From assembly GCA_965215665.1 (NCBI GenBank), contig OZ244110.1, forward strand, positions 1,627,062 through 1,691,061: a DNA stretch of 64,000 nt. The letters are read 5' to 3'. Below the pieces are notes generated by a model. The model made no database searches and was not told the DNA's origin. It saw only the letters and a list, made by a program, of their open reading frames with translations. The DNA comes from an uncultured Methylophaga sp. GTDB lineage: Bacteria; Pseudomonadota; Gammaproteobacteria; Nitrosococcales; Methylophagaceae. Made by a program: the position numbers and the translations under genes. Positions 41,390 through 51,883 of this stretch are shown piece by piece (within the stretch, counting starts at the first letter, position 1; each line of letters opens with the position of its first letter).

Positions 41390-41797
41390 TTATTTGACCA
41401 GTTTCAAGCTTGGCTTGCCGTTAGTTGTTTTATTGGTTGGTTTACCAGGTTCTTTAGCTGTCGGCGGCGGGGGGGTAGGATGCTCTTCTTCAGGAAAGAA
41501 CATGCCTTCGTTATTTTCTTTCCCATAAATCGCCTGAATAGCAATGACCGGAATAAATAAATTCATCGCCTTGCCGGAAAATCTTGCTGAAAAGCTCACC
41601 CAGTCATTGTCCATATTCAGTCCGTCGATAGCATCCGGTGCCAGATTCAGGACGATACGGGAGTCGCGAATATACTGGTCAGGAACCACAACCCCTTCAT
41701 AATCAGTATTCACCAGTAAATAGGGGGTGCAATCGTTATCCAGCAACCATTGATAAATAGCTCTGATTAGATAAGGCTTTTGTGAAGACATGCTCAT
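41390..41797 (-). CDS. sspB: ClpXP adaptor stringent starvation protein B
   Basis: KPYLIRAIYQWLLDNDCTPYL, IVLNL, SARFSG, C-terminal PSLKLVK. Confidence 0.96.
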   Translation of the reverse strand: MSMSSQKPYLIRAIYQWLLDNDCTPYLLVNTDYEGVVVPDQYIRDSRIVLNLAPDAIDGLNMDNDWVSFSARFSGKAMNLFIPVIAIQAIYGKENNEGMFFPEEEHPTPPPPTAKEPGKPTNKTTNGKPSLKLVK

Positions 41798-42417
41798 TAG
41801 CGCATTCCTCTCTCCGCTGTGCTCAGACTGGCCTGGAAAGTATCTCTATTAAATATTTTTTGTGCATAACGTTCAACCGCTTTGGCGGAATCCGGTAATT
41901 TTATACCCAAATGCGGTAATCGCCACAATAACGGTGCAACATAACAATCGATTAATGAAAATTCGTCGCTCATGAGAAAGTCGTATTGTTCGAACAGTGG
42001 GGCCAGAACAGTCAAATCTTCACGTAGCGTTTTTTTGGCTTTGGTTGCTGGTGATTTGTCACGTCCAGATAATTGAGGCCACATTGAGAACCAGTCCGTT
42101 TCCAGACGATGCAACATCAGTCGCATTTGAGCTCTGGCACCTGGATCGTTAGGCATCAGGGATGGATGAGGAAAACGCTCATCAAGATATTCCATAATGA
42201 TTCTGGAATGGAATATTACAATATCCCGATCAAACAGTGTCGGGCCCTGAGCGTATGGATTTGCTGAGGCAACCTCTTCCGGCCAGTGGCCATCAACAAG
42301 ATTTACAATCTGACAATCAATTTGCTTTTCTTGAACAACGATACGGGTTTGATGGCTGAAGGGACATTGTACATCTGAGTACAATGTCATCAGCGGTTTA
42401 CGATTACGTGTTGTCAT
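41797..42417 (-). CDS. sspA: Stringent starvation protein A (GST fold)
   Basis: MTLYSD..CPFSHQTRIV, PTLFDRD, IMEYLDERFPHPSLMP, APLLWRL. Confidence 0.95.
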   Translation of the reverse strand: MTTRNRKPLMTLYSDVQCPFSHQTRIVVQEKQIDCQIVNLVDGHWPEEVASANPYAQGPTLFDRDIVIFHSRIIMEYLDERFPHPSLMPNDPGARAQMRLMLHRLETDWFSMWPQLSGRDKSPATKAKKTLREDLTVLAPLFEQYDFLMSDEFSLIDCYVAPLLWRLPHLGIKLPDSAKAVERYAQKIFNRDTFQASLSTAERGMR

Positions 42418-42449
42418 TAGCTGTACTGCTTATGTTTTGGAATGTAGCG

Positions 42450-43160
42450 TTAGTGAACGTCTTTCCAGTAAGCTTTTTTCAGTGCCAGTGCGATTACAAA
42501 GAATATCGCAAGATAGAGCAAGACCCACTTACCCAGCGCTAAACGCTGTAATTTAGATGGTTCACTGATATAAGCAAGAAAGTTGACTAGATCTCGGCTC
42601 ATCATATCGTATTGTCGAGGAGTCAGCGCACCTTCTTGTTCAACACTTAAATGACCATACTCGTCGATAGCCTGATATCCCTGTTGTTCCCATAGGACAT
42701 GTGGCATACCAACATCTTTGAAAGCCAGGTTATTAGTGCCCATTGGCCGACTTTCATCCAGATAGAATGTACGCAGATAGGTATATAACCAGTCTGTACC
42801 TCTTGCACGGGCAATAACCGATAAATCAGGCGGAACAACACCAAACCAGCGTTTGGCATCTTCGGCTCGCATTGCTATTTGCATGGTGTCACCAATTTTA
42901 TCGGTGGCAAACATCAAATTTGCAGCAACCTGATCGTCTGTAAGCCCTAAATCTTTTGCCATACGGTTATAACGCATCAATGATGCACCATGACAGCTTA
43001 AGCAATAATTAACGAACGTGTGAGCACCACGTTGCAAAGAGGCTTTATCGGTCAAATCAATATCGACAGTATCCAGCTTTGATGACGGACCCGCCGCAAT
43101 GGCGAGCGTCGAGAACACACTGAATACCGAAATAAGAGCAGCAAAAGTCAGATTTCTCAT
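42450..43160 (-). CDS. petC: Cytochrome c1
   Basis: LQRGA, YCLSCHG heme motif, PPDLSVIARAR, MPHVL, C-terminal TM anchor. Confidence 0.97.
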   Translation of the reverse strand: MRNLTFAALISVFSVFSTLAIAAGPSSKLDTVDIDLTDKASLQRGAHTFVNYCLSCHGASLMRYNRMAKDLGLTDDQVAANLMFATDKIGDTMQIAMRAEDAKRWFGVVPPDLSVIARARGTDWLYTYLRTFYLDESRPMGTNNLAFKDVGMPHVLWEQQGYQAIDEYGHLSVEQEGALTPRQYDMMSRDLVNFLAYISEPSKLQRLALGKWVLLYLAIFFVIALALKKAYWKDVH

Positions 43161-44371
43161 TTGGTCGTCACCCTTTCTGGCACAGGTTTATCTTTATCAA
43201 ATTTCGTGTAAATCGGCATCAGGAGAAAGAAAGCAAAATACAGAACGGTAAAAATCTGAGCCATCAAAGTATAAAGAAACGTTGCAGGCTGAGTGCCTAA
43301 GTAACCCAATGCTAAAAAGCTAATAACAAACACTACCAGAGCGATACGGAAATATGGACCTCTATAGCGAATGGAGCGGGTTCTGCTGCGATCCAGCCAA
43401 GGTAGCAGGAATAACACGACAATTGCCAGCCCCATGGCAATAACTCCAAAGAGCTTATCTGGCACCGCACGCAAAATGGCATAGAACGGTGTAAAGTACC
43501 AAAGTGGGACGATATGTTCCGGTGTTTTCAATGGATCCGCAGGAATAAAATTATCTTTTTCCAGAAACCAGCCGCCAAATTCTGGCATATAGAACAACAC
43601 TAATGAGAAGATAAACAGGAAGACAACAACGCCCACCAAATCTTTGACAGTGTAATAAGGATGGAAAGGGATGCCATCAACAGGTTTACCGTTGGCATCC
43701 TTGTTTTTCTTGATGTCCACGCCATCCGGGTTGTTGGATCCTACTTCATGCAGTGCAAGGATATGCGCTGCTACCAAACCAAGTAACACGATTGGCAATG
43801 CAATAACGTGCATGGCAAAAAACCGGTTTAAGGTGGCATCAGCGACCACATAATCGCCACGAATCCACAGAGCCAGATCTTCACCAATAACCGGTAAAGC
43901 GCCAAATAAAGAAATAATTACCTGAGCGCCCCAGTAAGACATTTGACCCCAGGGTAACAAATACCCCATAAAGGCTTCAGCCATCAGCACAACATATAAC
44001 AGCATGCCGAAAATCCAAATCAACTCTCGTGGTTGTTTATAGGACCCATACATCAGGCCGCGGAACATATGCAGGTAGATAACAACAAAGAAGGCGGAAG
44101 CGCCAGTGGAGTGCAGGTAACGAATCAACCAGCCCCATTCTACGTCCCGCATAATGTATTCAACCGAAGCGAAAGCCAGTTCAGCATCCGGTTTGTAATT
44201 CATCGTTAAAAAGATGCCGGTAATAATCTGCAGCACCAGAATCAATAAGGCAAGTGAACCGAAGTAATACCAAAAGTTAAAGTTTTTCGGTGCGTAATAT
44301 TCCGAAATATGTTCCTTCCACATTTTTGTTGCCGGGAAGCGGGCATCAATCCAATCCATCATCGACATCAT
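43157..44371 (-). CDS. petB: Cytochrome b
   Basis: NFWYYFGSL, WLIRYLHSTGAS, GYLLPWGQMSYWGA, TPEHIVPLWYF. Confidence 0.98.
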   Translation of the reverse strand: MMSMMDWIDARFPATKMWKEHISEYYAPKNFNFWYYFGSLALLILVLQIITGIFLTMNYKPDAELAFASVEYIMRDVEWGWLIRYLHSTGASAFFVVIYLHMFRGLMYGSYKQPRELIWIFGMLLYVVLMAEAFMGYLLPWGQMSYWGAQVIISLFGALPVIGEDLALWIRGDYVVADATLNRFFAMHVIALPIVLLGLVAAHILALHEVGSNNPDGVDIKKNKDANGKPVDGIPFHPYYTVKDLVGVVVFLFIFSLVLFYMPEFGGWFLEKDNFIPADPLKTPEHIVPLWYFTPFYAILRAVPDKLFGVIAMGLAIVVLFLLPWLDRSRTRSIRYRGPYFRIALVVFVISFLALGYLGTQPATFLYTLMAQIFTVLYFAFFLLMPIYTKFDKDKPVPERVTTK

Positions 44372-44961
44372 GCAGCTCCTTGGGCATCTTCACCAACAAT
44401 AACAACATTGTCACCTTGGTAATGGTAGGGGGGAACTACAAGGTTGGTTGGTGCTGGAACACCTTGGAAAACCCGTCCGGCTAAGTCAAAGCGTGAACCA
44501 TGACAGGGGCAAAAGAATCCGCCTTTCCAATTTTCGCCAAGATCCTCAGGAGCTATTTCTGGTCGATAAGTGGGGGAGCAACCCAAATGGGTACAGATAC
44601 CGACCATTACCATGACATCCTTACGTATAGAACGTGTTTCGTTCTGCGCATATTCAGGTTGCTGGGTCTGTTCGCTTTGTGGATCACGCAGCTCATCGTT
44701 TAATGTTGGAAGCGTGTTCAAAATTTCTTCTGAACGGCGGAAAATCCACACCGGTTTGCCACGCCATTCAACCGTCAGTAATTGGCCGGGTTCCAGCTGG
44801 CTGATATCAATTTGCACCGGAGCACCAGCAGCTTCAGCCTTGGCACTTGGTGCAATCGATGATACAAAAGGAATGGCTACAGCCACTGCGCCAGCACCGC
44901 CTACTACACTAGCTGCGGCTGTTAAAAACCGTCTTTTGCCAGTATCTATAGTGTCACTCAT
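44368..44961 (-). CDS. petA: Rieske iron-sulfur protein
   Basis: Tat-like RRFL leader, CTHLGC and CPCHGS. Confidence 0.98.
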   Translation of the reverse strand: MSDTIDTGKRRFLTAAASVVGGAGAVAVAIPFVSSIAPSAKAEAAGAPVQIDISQLEPGQLLTVEWRGKPVWIFRRSEEILNTLPTLNDELRDPQSEQTQQPEYAQNETRSIRKDVMVMVGICTHLGCSPTYRPEIAPEDLGENWKGGFFCPCHGSRFDLAGRVFQGVPAPTNLVVPPYHYQGDNVVIVGEDAQGAA

Positions 44962-45073
44962 CAGATGAATATCCCCTGATATGTTATTTAATGTGAATCC
45001 AGCAGAGCATTAATGTCTCGGGATTGCTGAGATAAAACCAGTAAATTTTAGCATAGCAAGGAATGTTTTGGAT

Positions 45074-45105
45074 CAAAAAAGCCCGCATTTTCATGCGGGC
45101 TTTTG
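45074..45105. terminator. Terminator downstream of the pseudoazurin gene
   Basis: AAAAAAGCCCGCAT-TTTC-ATGCGGGCTTTT. Confidence 0.85.
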
Positions 45106-45128
45106 AAGAGAGCTAAAGAGAGTAAGAT

Positions 45129-45575
45129 TTACTCTGCTGCAGCTTTTTGAGTTTTTTTCACCAGACGCTTCAAAGCACCTTTTGGTTTTGTGTCAACGAT
45201 AGCTTGCAGGTTGGTTGGTTCGCCTACGATAATCGCACCACCCATACCGGCACCCCAGTGAGGGTCACACTTATACATGTAAACACCTTCAACTGTTAAA
45301 GGTTTAGTTTGAAAGTTTTCGCCCATTTGTGACATAAAACCTTCAGCACCTTCTGGAATGTATTCGTGTTCACCATCAGAATCGGTAAACGTTGTGTTAA
45401 CAAGATGACCGTTCATTCTATCCCAGGAAACGGTATCACCTGGTTGAACTTTGATAACCATTGGGTCAAAAGAAGTTAACGATGCTGTTACAACATGATT
45501 TTCAGCCATTGCAGCCGCAGAAAACAAAGATGCAGCACCTAATGCAGCCGCGATCAGTGATTTACTATATTTCAT
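45129..45575 (-). CDS. Pseudoazurin-like type-1 copper protein
   Basis: Signal peptide, FDP..IKVQPGDTV, GH, YKCDPHWGAGMGGAIIVG (Cys-His-Met ligands), pseudoazurin-type helical C-terminus. Confidence 0.88.
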   Translation of the reverse strand: MKYSKSLIAAALGAASLFSAAAMAENHVVTASLTSFDPMVIKVQPGDTVSWDRMNGHLVNTTFTDSDGEHEYIPEGAEGFMSQMGENFQTKPLTVEGVYMYKCDPHWGAGMGGAIIVGEPTNLQAIVDTKPKGALKRLVKKTQKAAAE

Positions 45576-45845
45576 GAATATTTCCTCTCTTTATTGAGTT
45601 ATTTGCCTCAGTGCGGTGCCAGTCTCCCATAATGAAGCTGAACACACACTGAACACATTTAGCTACGTGTTTTACCACGCTATTTTCTTGGCAGGACAAG
45701 CACAAAAACGCCAAACTATACTGACTATTTGTGGGATATGTCCATGAAAAAATGAAAAATTGTGTCATTTAACACAATGCTTTTTCCCCGAGTAAATAAC
45801 TGGCAATTGCCTAAATTCTATAAAGCTAAGGTCTCGAAAAAAGGG

Positions 45846-47606
45846 CTAGAAATTTTGTGGGCCATGGTTTTGTAGTTTCCACATATCGGCATAATGACCT
45901 TTTCTATCAAGCAAGTTTTGATGACTACCCTGTTCAATAATCTGTCCATCTTTCATTACTAATATATTGTCAGCATCTACCACTGTTGAGAGTCTGTGAG
46001 CGATAACCAATGTGGTTTTATGCTGACTTATTTGTATTAGTTGTTGAGCGATGGCATTTTCGGAATGACTATCAAGTGCAGATGTTGCCTCGTCAAACAC
46101 CAAAATCGATGGGTTCTTTAACAATGTTCGAGCTATGGCAATACGTTGTTTTTCCCCGCCTGATAATTTCAATCCCCGTTCACCAACCAAAGTGTTGTAC
46201 CCGTGGGGTAAGGAACTGATAAATTCATGAATATGGGCCTGGCGGGCCGCTTTGATGACGGCCTCTGGAGAAGCTTCCGGACAGCCGTATTGTATGTTGT
46301 AAAACAGGCTGTCATTAAATAGCACAGTATCCTGAGGCACCACACCAATCACTTGGCGCAGGCTTTGCTGAGTGACATGCCGGATATTCTGACCATCAAT
46401 TTCGATGCTGCCTGAAGTCGGATCATAAAATCTGAATAATAAACGCACCAGAGTTGATTTACCGGAACCACTGGCGCCAACGATTGCAATTTTTTGCCCA
46501 CCTGGCACTTCAAAATCTATCTGTTTCAAAATTGAACGATCTGGCTCGTAATCAAAGTCGACATGGTTAAACCTGATATGACCCTCAGTAATGGCAAGCG
46601 TGGTTGCATCATTTTGATCGTTGATTTCTTCTCCCTGATTTAACAGATCAAACATCCGCTCCATATCAGCAAGCGCGTGACGGATTTCCCGATAGATATA
46701 TCCCAGAAATCCCAGTGGCAGATATAGTTGCAATAGATAAGCATTGACCAGAACCAAATCACCTATGGTCATCTCTCCATCCACGACGCCTTTGCCAGCA
46801 AGTAACATTAAAGCTGTCAGGCCGGCAGCAATAATAAAACCTTGCCCCATGTTCATTACGGCGAGTGATGTTTGGTTGCGAATGGCAGACTTTTCCCAAA
46901 TCGCTAATTTGCTGTCATAGCGACTGGCTTCGAAAGCTTCGTTGCTAAAATATTTAACCGTTTCATAATTTATCAAACTATCAATGGCCTGATTGTTCGC
47001 TGCAGAATCCATTTCATTCATTGCCCGGCGAAATCGCATGCGCCATTCAGTGATAATTAATGTGAAAATAATAAATACCAGCGTAGTGCCAGTAGTGATA
47101 ATCGCAAAAATATTGTCGTACTGGCTCAACAAAATAATCGTGACCAATGCAATTTCCACCAGCGTCGGCAAAATATTAAAGATCATGAAATTCAGTAAAA
47201 AAGTGATACCCCGACTGCCACGTTCAATATCTCGCGAAATGCCGCCGGTTTGGCGCTGCAGATGAAAACGTAAGGAAAGACGATGTAAATGTGAAAAAAT
47301 ATTTCCAGCGATATGCCTAACTGAGCTATAAATAACTTTGGCAAACAATGCATCGCGTAATTCATTAAATACAGTGCTGGCAAGCCGCAGCAAGCCATAG
47401 GCAATTAACAGTATCACCGGTAGATAAATAACATCCTGCAACTGTGGATCCAGTGCATCCACCGCACCTTTTAGTACCAAAGGCACGCTAACATTCGCCA
47501 CTTTCGCGAGGCACAGCAGCACTAAGGCGAGTATCACCCGGGTTTTGTATTGCCACACATAAGGCAACAGACTGCGAATGGCCTGCCAGTCTTGAGAAGA
47601 TTTCAT
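45846..47606 (-). CDS. ABCB/Atm1-type ABC exporter (fused permease and ATPase)
   Basis: LSLRFHL.RQTGG, DSLINYETVKYF, GASGSGKS, LSGGEKQR, DEATSALD. Confidence 0.92.
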   Translation of the reverse strand: MKSSQDWQAIRSLLPYVWQYKTRVILALVLLCLAKVANVSVPLVLKGAVDALDPQLQDVIYLPVILLIAYGLLRLASTVFNELRDALFAKVIYSSVRHIAGNIFSHLHRLSLRFHLQRQTGGISRDIERGSRGITFLLNFMIFNILPTLVEIALVTIILLSQYDNIFAIITTGTTLVFIIFTLIITEWRMRFRRAMNEMDSAANNQAIDSLINYETVKYFSNEAFEASRYDSKLAIWEKSAIRNQTSLAVMNMGQGFIIAAGLTALMLLAGKGVVDGEMTIGDLVLVNAYLLQLYLPLGFLGYIYREIRHALADMERMFDLLNQGEEINDQNDATTLAITEGHIRFNHVDFDYEPDRSILKQIDFEVPGGQKIAIVGASGSGKSTLVRLLFRFYDPTSGSIEIDGQNIRHVTQQSLRQVIGVVPQDTVLFNDSLFYNIQYGCPEASPEAVIKAARQAHIHEFISSLPHGYNTLVGERGLKLSGGEKQRIAIARTLLKNPSILVFDEATSALDSHSENAIAQQLIQISQHKTTLVIAHRLSTVVDADNILVMKDGQIIEQGSHQNLLDRKGHYADMWKLQNHGPQNF

Positions 47607-47765
47607 AATGTCAGTTTAGCCGATTTACGAATTTGTCAGTTAAAATGCCAAAGACTGAATTTGCAAATTTTCGGTATAATCAACAGCTTTTAAGCTTGAA
47701 ACAAATATTTCTTGCCGCATTTATAAGCAGCGCTGTTTGTTGATTCATTTTTAGGGAGTAACCTC

Positions 47766-48032
47766 ATGCCGTTTTATGAATATCGCTGTGATGCCTGTAA
47801 TCATAACTTTGAAGCGTTGCAAAAGATCAGTGACGATGCTTTGGTGGATTGCCCAGCATGCCATCAACCCAATCTGAAAAAACTGATTTCAGCGGCGGGT
47901 TTTCGTCTTAAAGGTCAGGGCTGGTATGAAACAGATTTTAAATCGGGTTCAAAACGTAACCTCGCCGACAGCGGAACCGCAGACAGTTCACCTGCGGCCG
48001 CGCATACCTGTGGAACAGGATGCAGTCATTAA
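47766..48032 (+). CDS. FmdB-family zinc-ribbon protein
   Basis: MPFYEYRCDAC...CPAC, GFRLKGQGWYETDF. Confidence 0.92.
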   Translation: MPFYEYRCDACNHNFEALQKISDDALVDCPACHQPNLKKLISAAGFRLKGQGWYETDFKSGSKRNLADSGTADSSPAAAHTCGTGCSH

Positions 48033-48040
48033 AAATTTAA

Positions 48041-48673
48041 ATGCGTAAATATTTAATAGCAGGCCTGCTGGTCTGGATGCCGCTTGGGGTCACTTTTTTA
48101 GTGGTTCGGGCGATAGTAGGTTTTTTAGATAAAAGTCTGTTGCTGTTGCCGGATGCCTTTCAGCCCGATAGGCTGCTCGGCTTTCATATTCCCGGTTTGG
48201 GAGTATTACTGGCAGTGGCGCTGGTTTTGATCACCGGCATGATAATGGCCAATTTACTGGGGCGTCGATTAGTGGCGTTCTGGGAATCATTACTGGCAAG
48301 AATCCCGCTGGTCAGAACGCTTTATTCAGCGGTTAAGCAAATCATGGAAGCGGTGCTGGCAACAGATGCCAAATCGTTTCGAAAAGTATTATTGGTGGAA
48401 TATCCACGCAAAGGTGTCTGGAGCTTAGCGTTTATGACATCGGATGATCTGGGTGAGGTGCAGGATAAAACCATTGCCAATGTCATCAGCGTGTTTATTC
48501 CGACCACACCAAATCCTACCTCGGGGTTTGTGTTGATGGTGCCGGAATCTGATGTTATTGAATTGGATATGGCGGTAGAAGAGGGGCTGAAAATGATCAT
48601 TTCGATGGGCGTAGTGGTACCAAACTCACTGGCCTATCAAAAGAAACGTCAGGATCAGCAGCTCACTGAATAG
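48041..48673 (+). CDS. DUF502 membrane protein
   Basis: YLIAGLLVWMPL, RIPLVRTLY, VEYPRKG, VFIPTTPNPTSGF. Confidence 0.92.
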   Translation: MRKYLIAGLLVWMPLGVTFLVVRAIVGFLDKSLLLLPDAFQPDRLLGFHIPGLGVLLAVALVLITGMIMANLLGRRLVAFWESLLARIPLVRTLYSAVKQIMEAVLATDAKSFRKVLLVEYPRKGVWSLAFMTSDDLGEVQDKTIANVISVFIPTTPNPTSGFVLMVPESDVIELDMAVEEGLKMIISMGVVVPNSLAYQKKRQDQQLTE

Positions 48674-48745
48674 AAAATTTCGGACACTTTTTATCTAATA
48701 TAAAAGGTGTAGTGTTAAACAGTATTTTTGGATGTTGGAATAATT

Positions 48746-50530
48746 ATGCGTAGCCATTACTGCGGCGATGTAAACGAATCTTTGATTGAACAAACGGTAA
48801 AAGTTGCAGGCTGGATGCATCGTCGCCGGGATCATGGTGGGGTTATTTTTATTGATTTGCGTGATCGTGAAGGTCTGGTGCAAATCGTTTGTAATCCGGA
48901 AGATGCCGAAAGTTTTGCCGTGGCTGAAAAAGTACGCAGTGAATATGTGTTACAAATTGAAGGTGTGGTTAACCCCCGTCCTGCGGGCAGCGAAAATACC
49001 GATTTAAAAAGCGGTAAAATCGAAATCATCGCCAAGCGCGTGACTATTCTGAACAGTTCTGAAACTCCGCCATTCCCTTTGACGGAACAGGCTGAAGTTA
49101 ATGAAGATATCCGGCTGCGTCATCGTTATATCGATTTACGTCGCCCGGAAATGCTGCAAAAGCTGCGCTTTCGTTCACAGATTATCCGTCAATTACGCCA
49201 GTACCTCGATAATCATGGCTTTATGGATATTGAAACGCCTATCCTGACCAAAGCGACACCGGAGGGCGCGCGTGACTATCTGGTGCCAAGTCGTACTCAT
49301 CCCGGTGATTTCTTTGCATTACCCCAGTCTCCGCAGTTATTTAAACAATTGTTGATGGTGGCCGGTATGGATCGCTATTATCAGGTTGTTCGTTGTTTCC
49401 GCGATGAAGATTTGCGTGCTGATCGCCAGCCGGAATTCACCCAATTGGATATTGAAACCTCTTTTGTTGAAGAAGAGGATTTAATGCAATTGATGGAAGA
49501 AATGATCCGTGACTTGTTTGCCAATGTATTAGAACAACCGTTACCGAATCCTTTCCCAAGAATGACCTATGCGGACGCCATGGATCGTTATGGTAGTGAT
49601 AAACCGGATCTGCGAATTCCATTAGAACTCGTTGATGTAAGTGATTTGATGCAGGGTGTTGATTTTAAGGTGTTCTCTGCACCAGCTAATGATGAAAATG
49701 GACGTGTGGCTGCTTTGCGCGTACCGGGTGGCAACTCTTTAAGCCGTAAAGAAATTGATGATTACACCAAGTTTGTCAGTATCTACGGTGCAAAAGGTCT
49801 GGCTTACATTAAAGTCAATGATCTTGCTGCTGGCCGGGAAGGTTTGCAATCACCTATTCTGAAATTCCTGCCCGATGATGTGGTTGATGCGATTTTGCAA
49901 AGAACGGCAGCTGAAACCGGTGACTTGGTGTTCTTTGGTGCCGATAAAGCTTCAATTGTGAATGAATCTTTGGGTGCTTTACGTGTCAAAATTGGCCATG
50001 ATTTAGATATGGTTGAACATGGCTGGCGCCCGTTATGGGTGGTTGAATTCCCGATGTTTGAATGGGATGACAAAACGCAGCGTTGGTATGCTTTGCATCA
50101 TCCTTTCACTGCACCACGAGAGTCAGACATTGATTTATTAAGCAACGATCCAGGTAAGTGTCTGTCTCGTGCATATGACATGGTATTAAACGGTACTGAG
50201 TTGGGCGGCGGTTCGATTCGTATCCATAAAACCAATGTGCAGCAGAAAGTCTTTGAAATGCTGGGCATTCCTGCTGAAGAAGCGGAAGAGAAATTTGGCT
50301 TCCTGTTACAGGCATTGAAATATGGTTGCCCACCACATGGTGGTTTGGCATTTGGTTTGGACAGACTGGCTATGTTAATGACGGGCTCAGCATCGATTCG
50401 TGATGTAATGGCCTTCCCGAAAACACAGTCAGCGGCTTGTCTGTTAACCAATGCACCAAGCCCGGTCAGTGATGAACAGTTGAAAGAATTGAATATTCGT
50501 CTGCGTAAAGTACCAATAGCAGAAGTCTGA
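48746..50530 (+). CDS. aspS: Aspartate-tRNA ligase
   Basis: [42 protein letters not shown]; start placed at ATG 48746. Confidence 0.99.
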   Translation: MRSHYCGDVNESLIEQTVKVAGWMHRRRDHGGVIFIDLRDREGLVQIVCNPEDAESFAVAEKVRSEYVLQIEGVVNPRPAGSENTDLKSGKIEIIAKRVTILNSSETPPFPLTEQAEVNEDIRLRHRYIDLRRPEMLQKLRFRSQIIRQLRQYLDNHGFMDIETPILTKATPEGARDYLVPSRTHPGDFFALPQSPQLFKQLLMVAGMDRYYQVVRCFRDEDLRADRQPEFTQLDIETSFVEEEDLMQLMEEMIRDLFANVLEQPLPNPFPRMTYADAMDRYGSDKPDLRIPLELVDVSDLMQGVDFKVFSAPANDENGRVAALRVPGGNSLSRKEIDDYTKFVSIYGAKGLAYIKVNDLAAGREGLQSPILKFLPDDVVDAILQRTAAETGDLVFFGADKASIVNESLGALRVKIGHDLDMVEHGWRPLWVVEFPMFEWDDKTQRWYALHHPFTAPRESDIDLLSNDPGKCLSRAYDMVLNGTELGGGSIRIHKTNVQQKVFEMLGIPAEEAEEKFGFLLQALKYGCPPHGGLAFGLDRLAMLMTGSASIRDVMAFPKTQSAACLLTNAPSPVSDEQLKELNIRLRKVPIAEV

Positions 50531-50564
50531 GTAAAACAGCAATAGCGGTTAAGAGGAAAGCGAA

Positions 50565-51677
50565 GTGGCTACAAAACTAGCAACAACGGCAATCCCGTTT
50601 GAACAGTACTTCTCAATTGATGATGAGGCATGCGATAAACGTATTGATGCCGCTAAACAGAAATTGGGCGATGATTTGGTTATTCTGGGGCATCACTACC
50701 AGCGTAATGAAGTTTTCAAACATGCGGATTTTTCAGGTGATTCGCTCAAACTGTCACGCAATGCTGCCGAATCAGACGCTCAGTACATCGTGTTCTGTGG
50801 CGTGCATTTTATGGCGGAAGTAGCAGATATCCTTTCACGTCCCGATCAAATTGCGATTTTGCCCGATCTGGCCGCCGGTTGTTCAATGGCTGATATGGCG
50901 AACCGGGTAAATGTGGATCGTGCCTGGCAGGAAATGAGCGAAGTGCTGGATCCGGATGAGACGATTACGCCAATCACCTATATAAATTCGGCTGCAGACC
51001 TCAAATCCTTCTGTGGTAAACATGGCGGTATTGTGTGTACTTCTACCAATGCGCCACATGTGCTGGATTGGGCGTTTGCTCAACGCGAAAAAGTACTGTT
51101 CTTCCCTGATCAACATCTAGGCCGCAATACCGGTTACAAGATGGGTATTCCACTGGAAGAAATGGTGGTGTGGGATTTTGATAAACCACTGGGTGGATTA
51201 ACGCCGGAAGCATTGAAGAAAGCCAAAATTATTTTGTGGAAGGGCTTTTGTTCTGTTCATCAGATGTTCCAGCCACAACAGATTGATAACTTCCTGGAAA
51301 AATACCCGGAAACCAAAGTTATTTCTCACCCGGAATGCAGCTTTGAAGTCTGCCAGAAATCCGATTATGTCGGTTCCACTGAATATATAGTCAACACGAT
51401 CGCCAACAGTGAACCTAATACTCGCTGGCTGGTGGGGACCGAATTGAATCTGGTAAACCGTTTACATGAACGGTTCCAGGATCAGGGTAAATCGGTTCAC
51501 TTTATGTCACCGACGGTATGTATGTGCTCCACCATGTTCCGTGTTGATCCGCAGCATTTGTTGTGGGTACTGGAAAACCTGGTGGAAGGCCATGTGGTTA
51601 ATCAGGTGTCTGTGGATCCGGTGACTGCCCAAGAAGCCAAACTGGCGCTGGATCGGATGCTCGCCTTACCAATTTAA
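50565..51677 (+). CDS. nadA: Quinolinate synthase
   Basis: LGHHYQR, GDSLKL, FCGVHFMAE, AGCSMADM, YINS, FPDQHLG, CSVH, HPEC. Confidence 0.95.
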   Translation: MATKLATTAIPFEQYFSIDDEACDKRIDAAKQKLGDDLVILGHHYQRNEVFKHADFSGDSLKLSRNAAESDAQYIVFCGVHFMAEVADILSRPDQIAILPDLAAGCSMADMANRVNVDRAWQEMSEVLDPDETITPITYINSAADLKSFCGKHGGIVCTSTNAPHVLDWAFAQREKVLFFPDQHLGRNTGYKMGIPLEEMVVWDFDKPLGGLTPEALKKAKIILWKGFCSVHQMFQPQQIDNFLEKYPETKVISHPECSFEVCQKSDYVGSTEYIVNTIANSEPNTRWLVGTELNLVNRLHERFQDQGKSVHFMSPTVCMCSTMFRVDPQHLLWVLENLVEGHVVNQVSVDPVTAQEAKLALDRMLALPI

Positions 51678-51694
51678 TTGAGGAGTAGCGCGTT

Positions 51695-51880
51695 ATGTCA
51701 GAGACCAGAGAAGCCTGTACACAGCGACGCTATGAAGTGAGCAAAAAAGATTTGCCTATCAGCTGTCCCATGCCGGATATGCCGGCATGGAATGCTCATC
51801 CACGGGTATATCTTGAAATCAAAAGCCATGGTGAAGTACTTTGTCCGTACTGCGGTACGCTATTCGTGCTGAAAAATTGA
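51695..51880 (+). CDS. Zinc-finger (zf-CHCC) small protein
   Basis: SCP...HPRVYL...CPYCGT. Confidence 0.88.
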   Translation: MSETREACTQRRYEVSKKDLPISCPMPDMPAWNAHPRVYLEIKSHGEVLCPYCGTLFVLKN

Positions 51881-51883
51881 TTG

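Noticed and set aside
45604-45622. Sigma54 promoter for the pseudoazurin gene (TGGCACCGCACTGAGGC)
   Set aside because: GG to GC spacing is 12 nt rather than the strict 10 nt.
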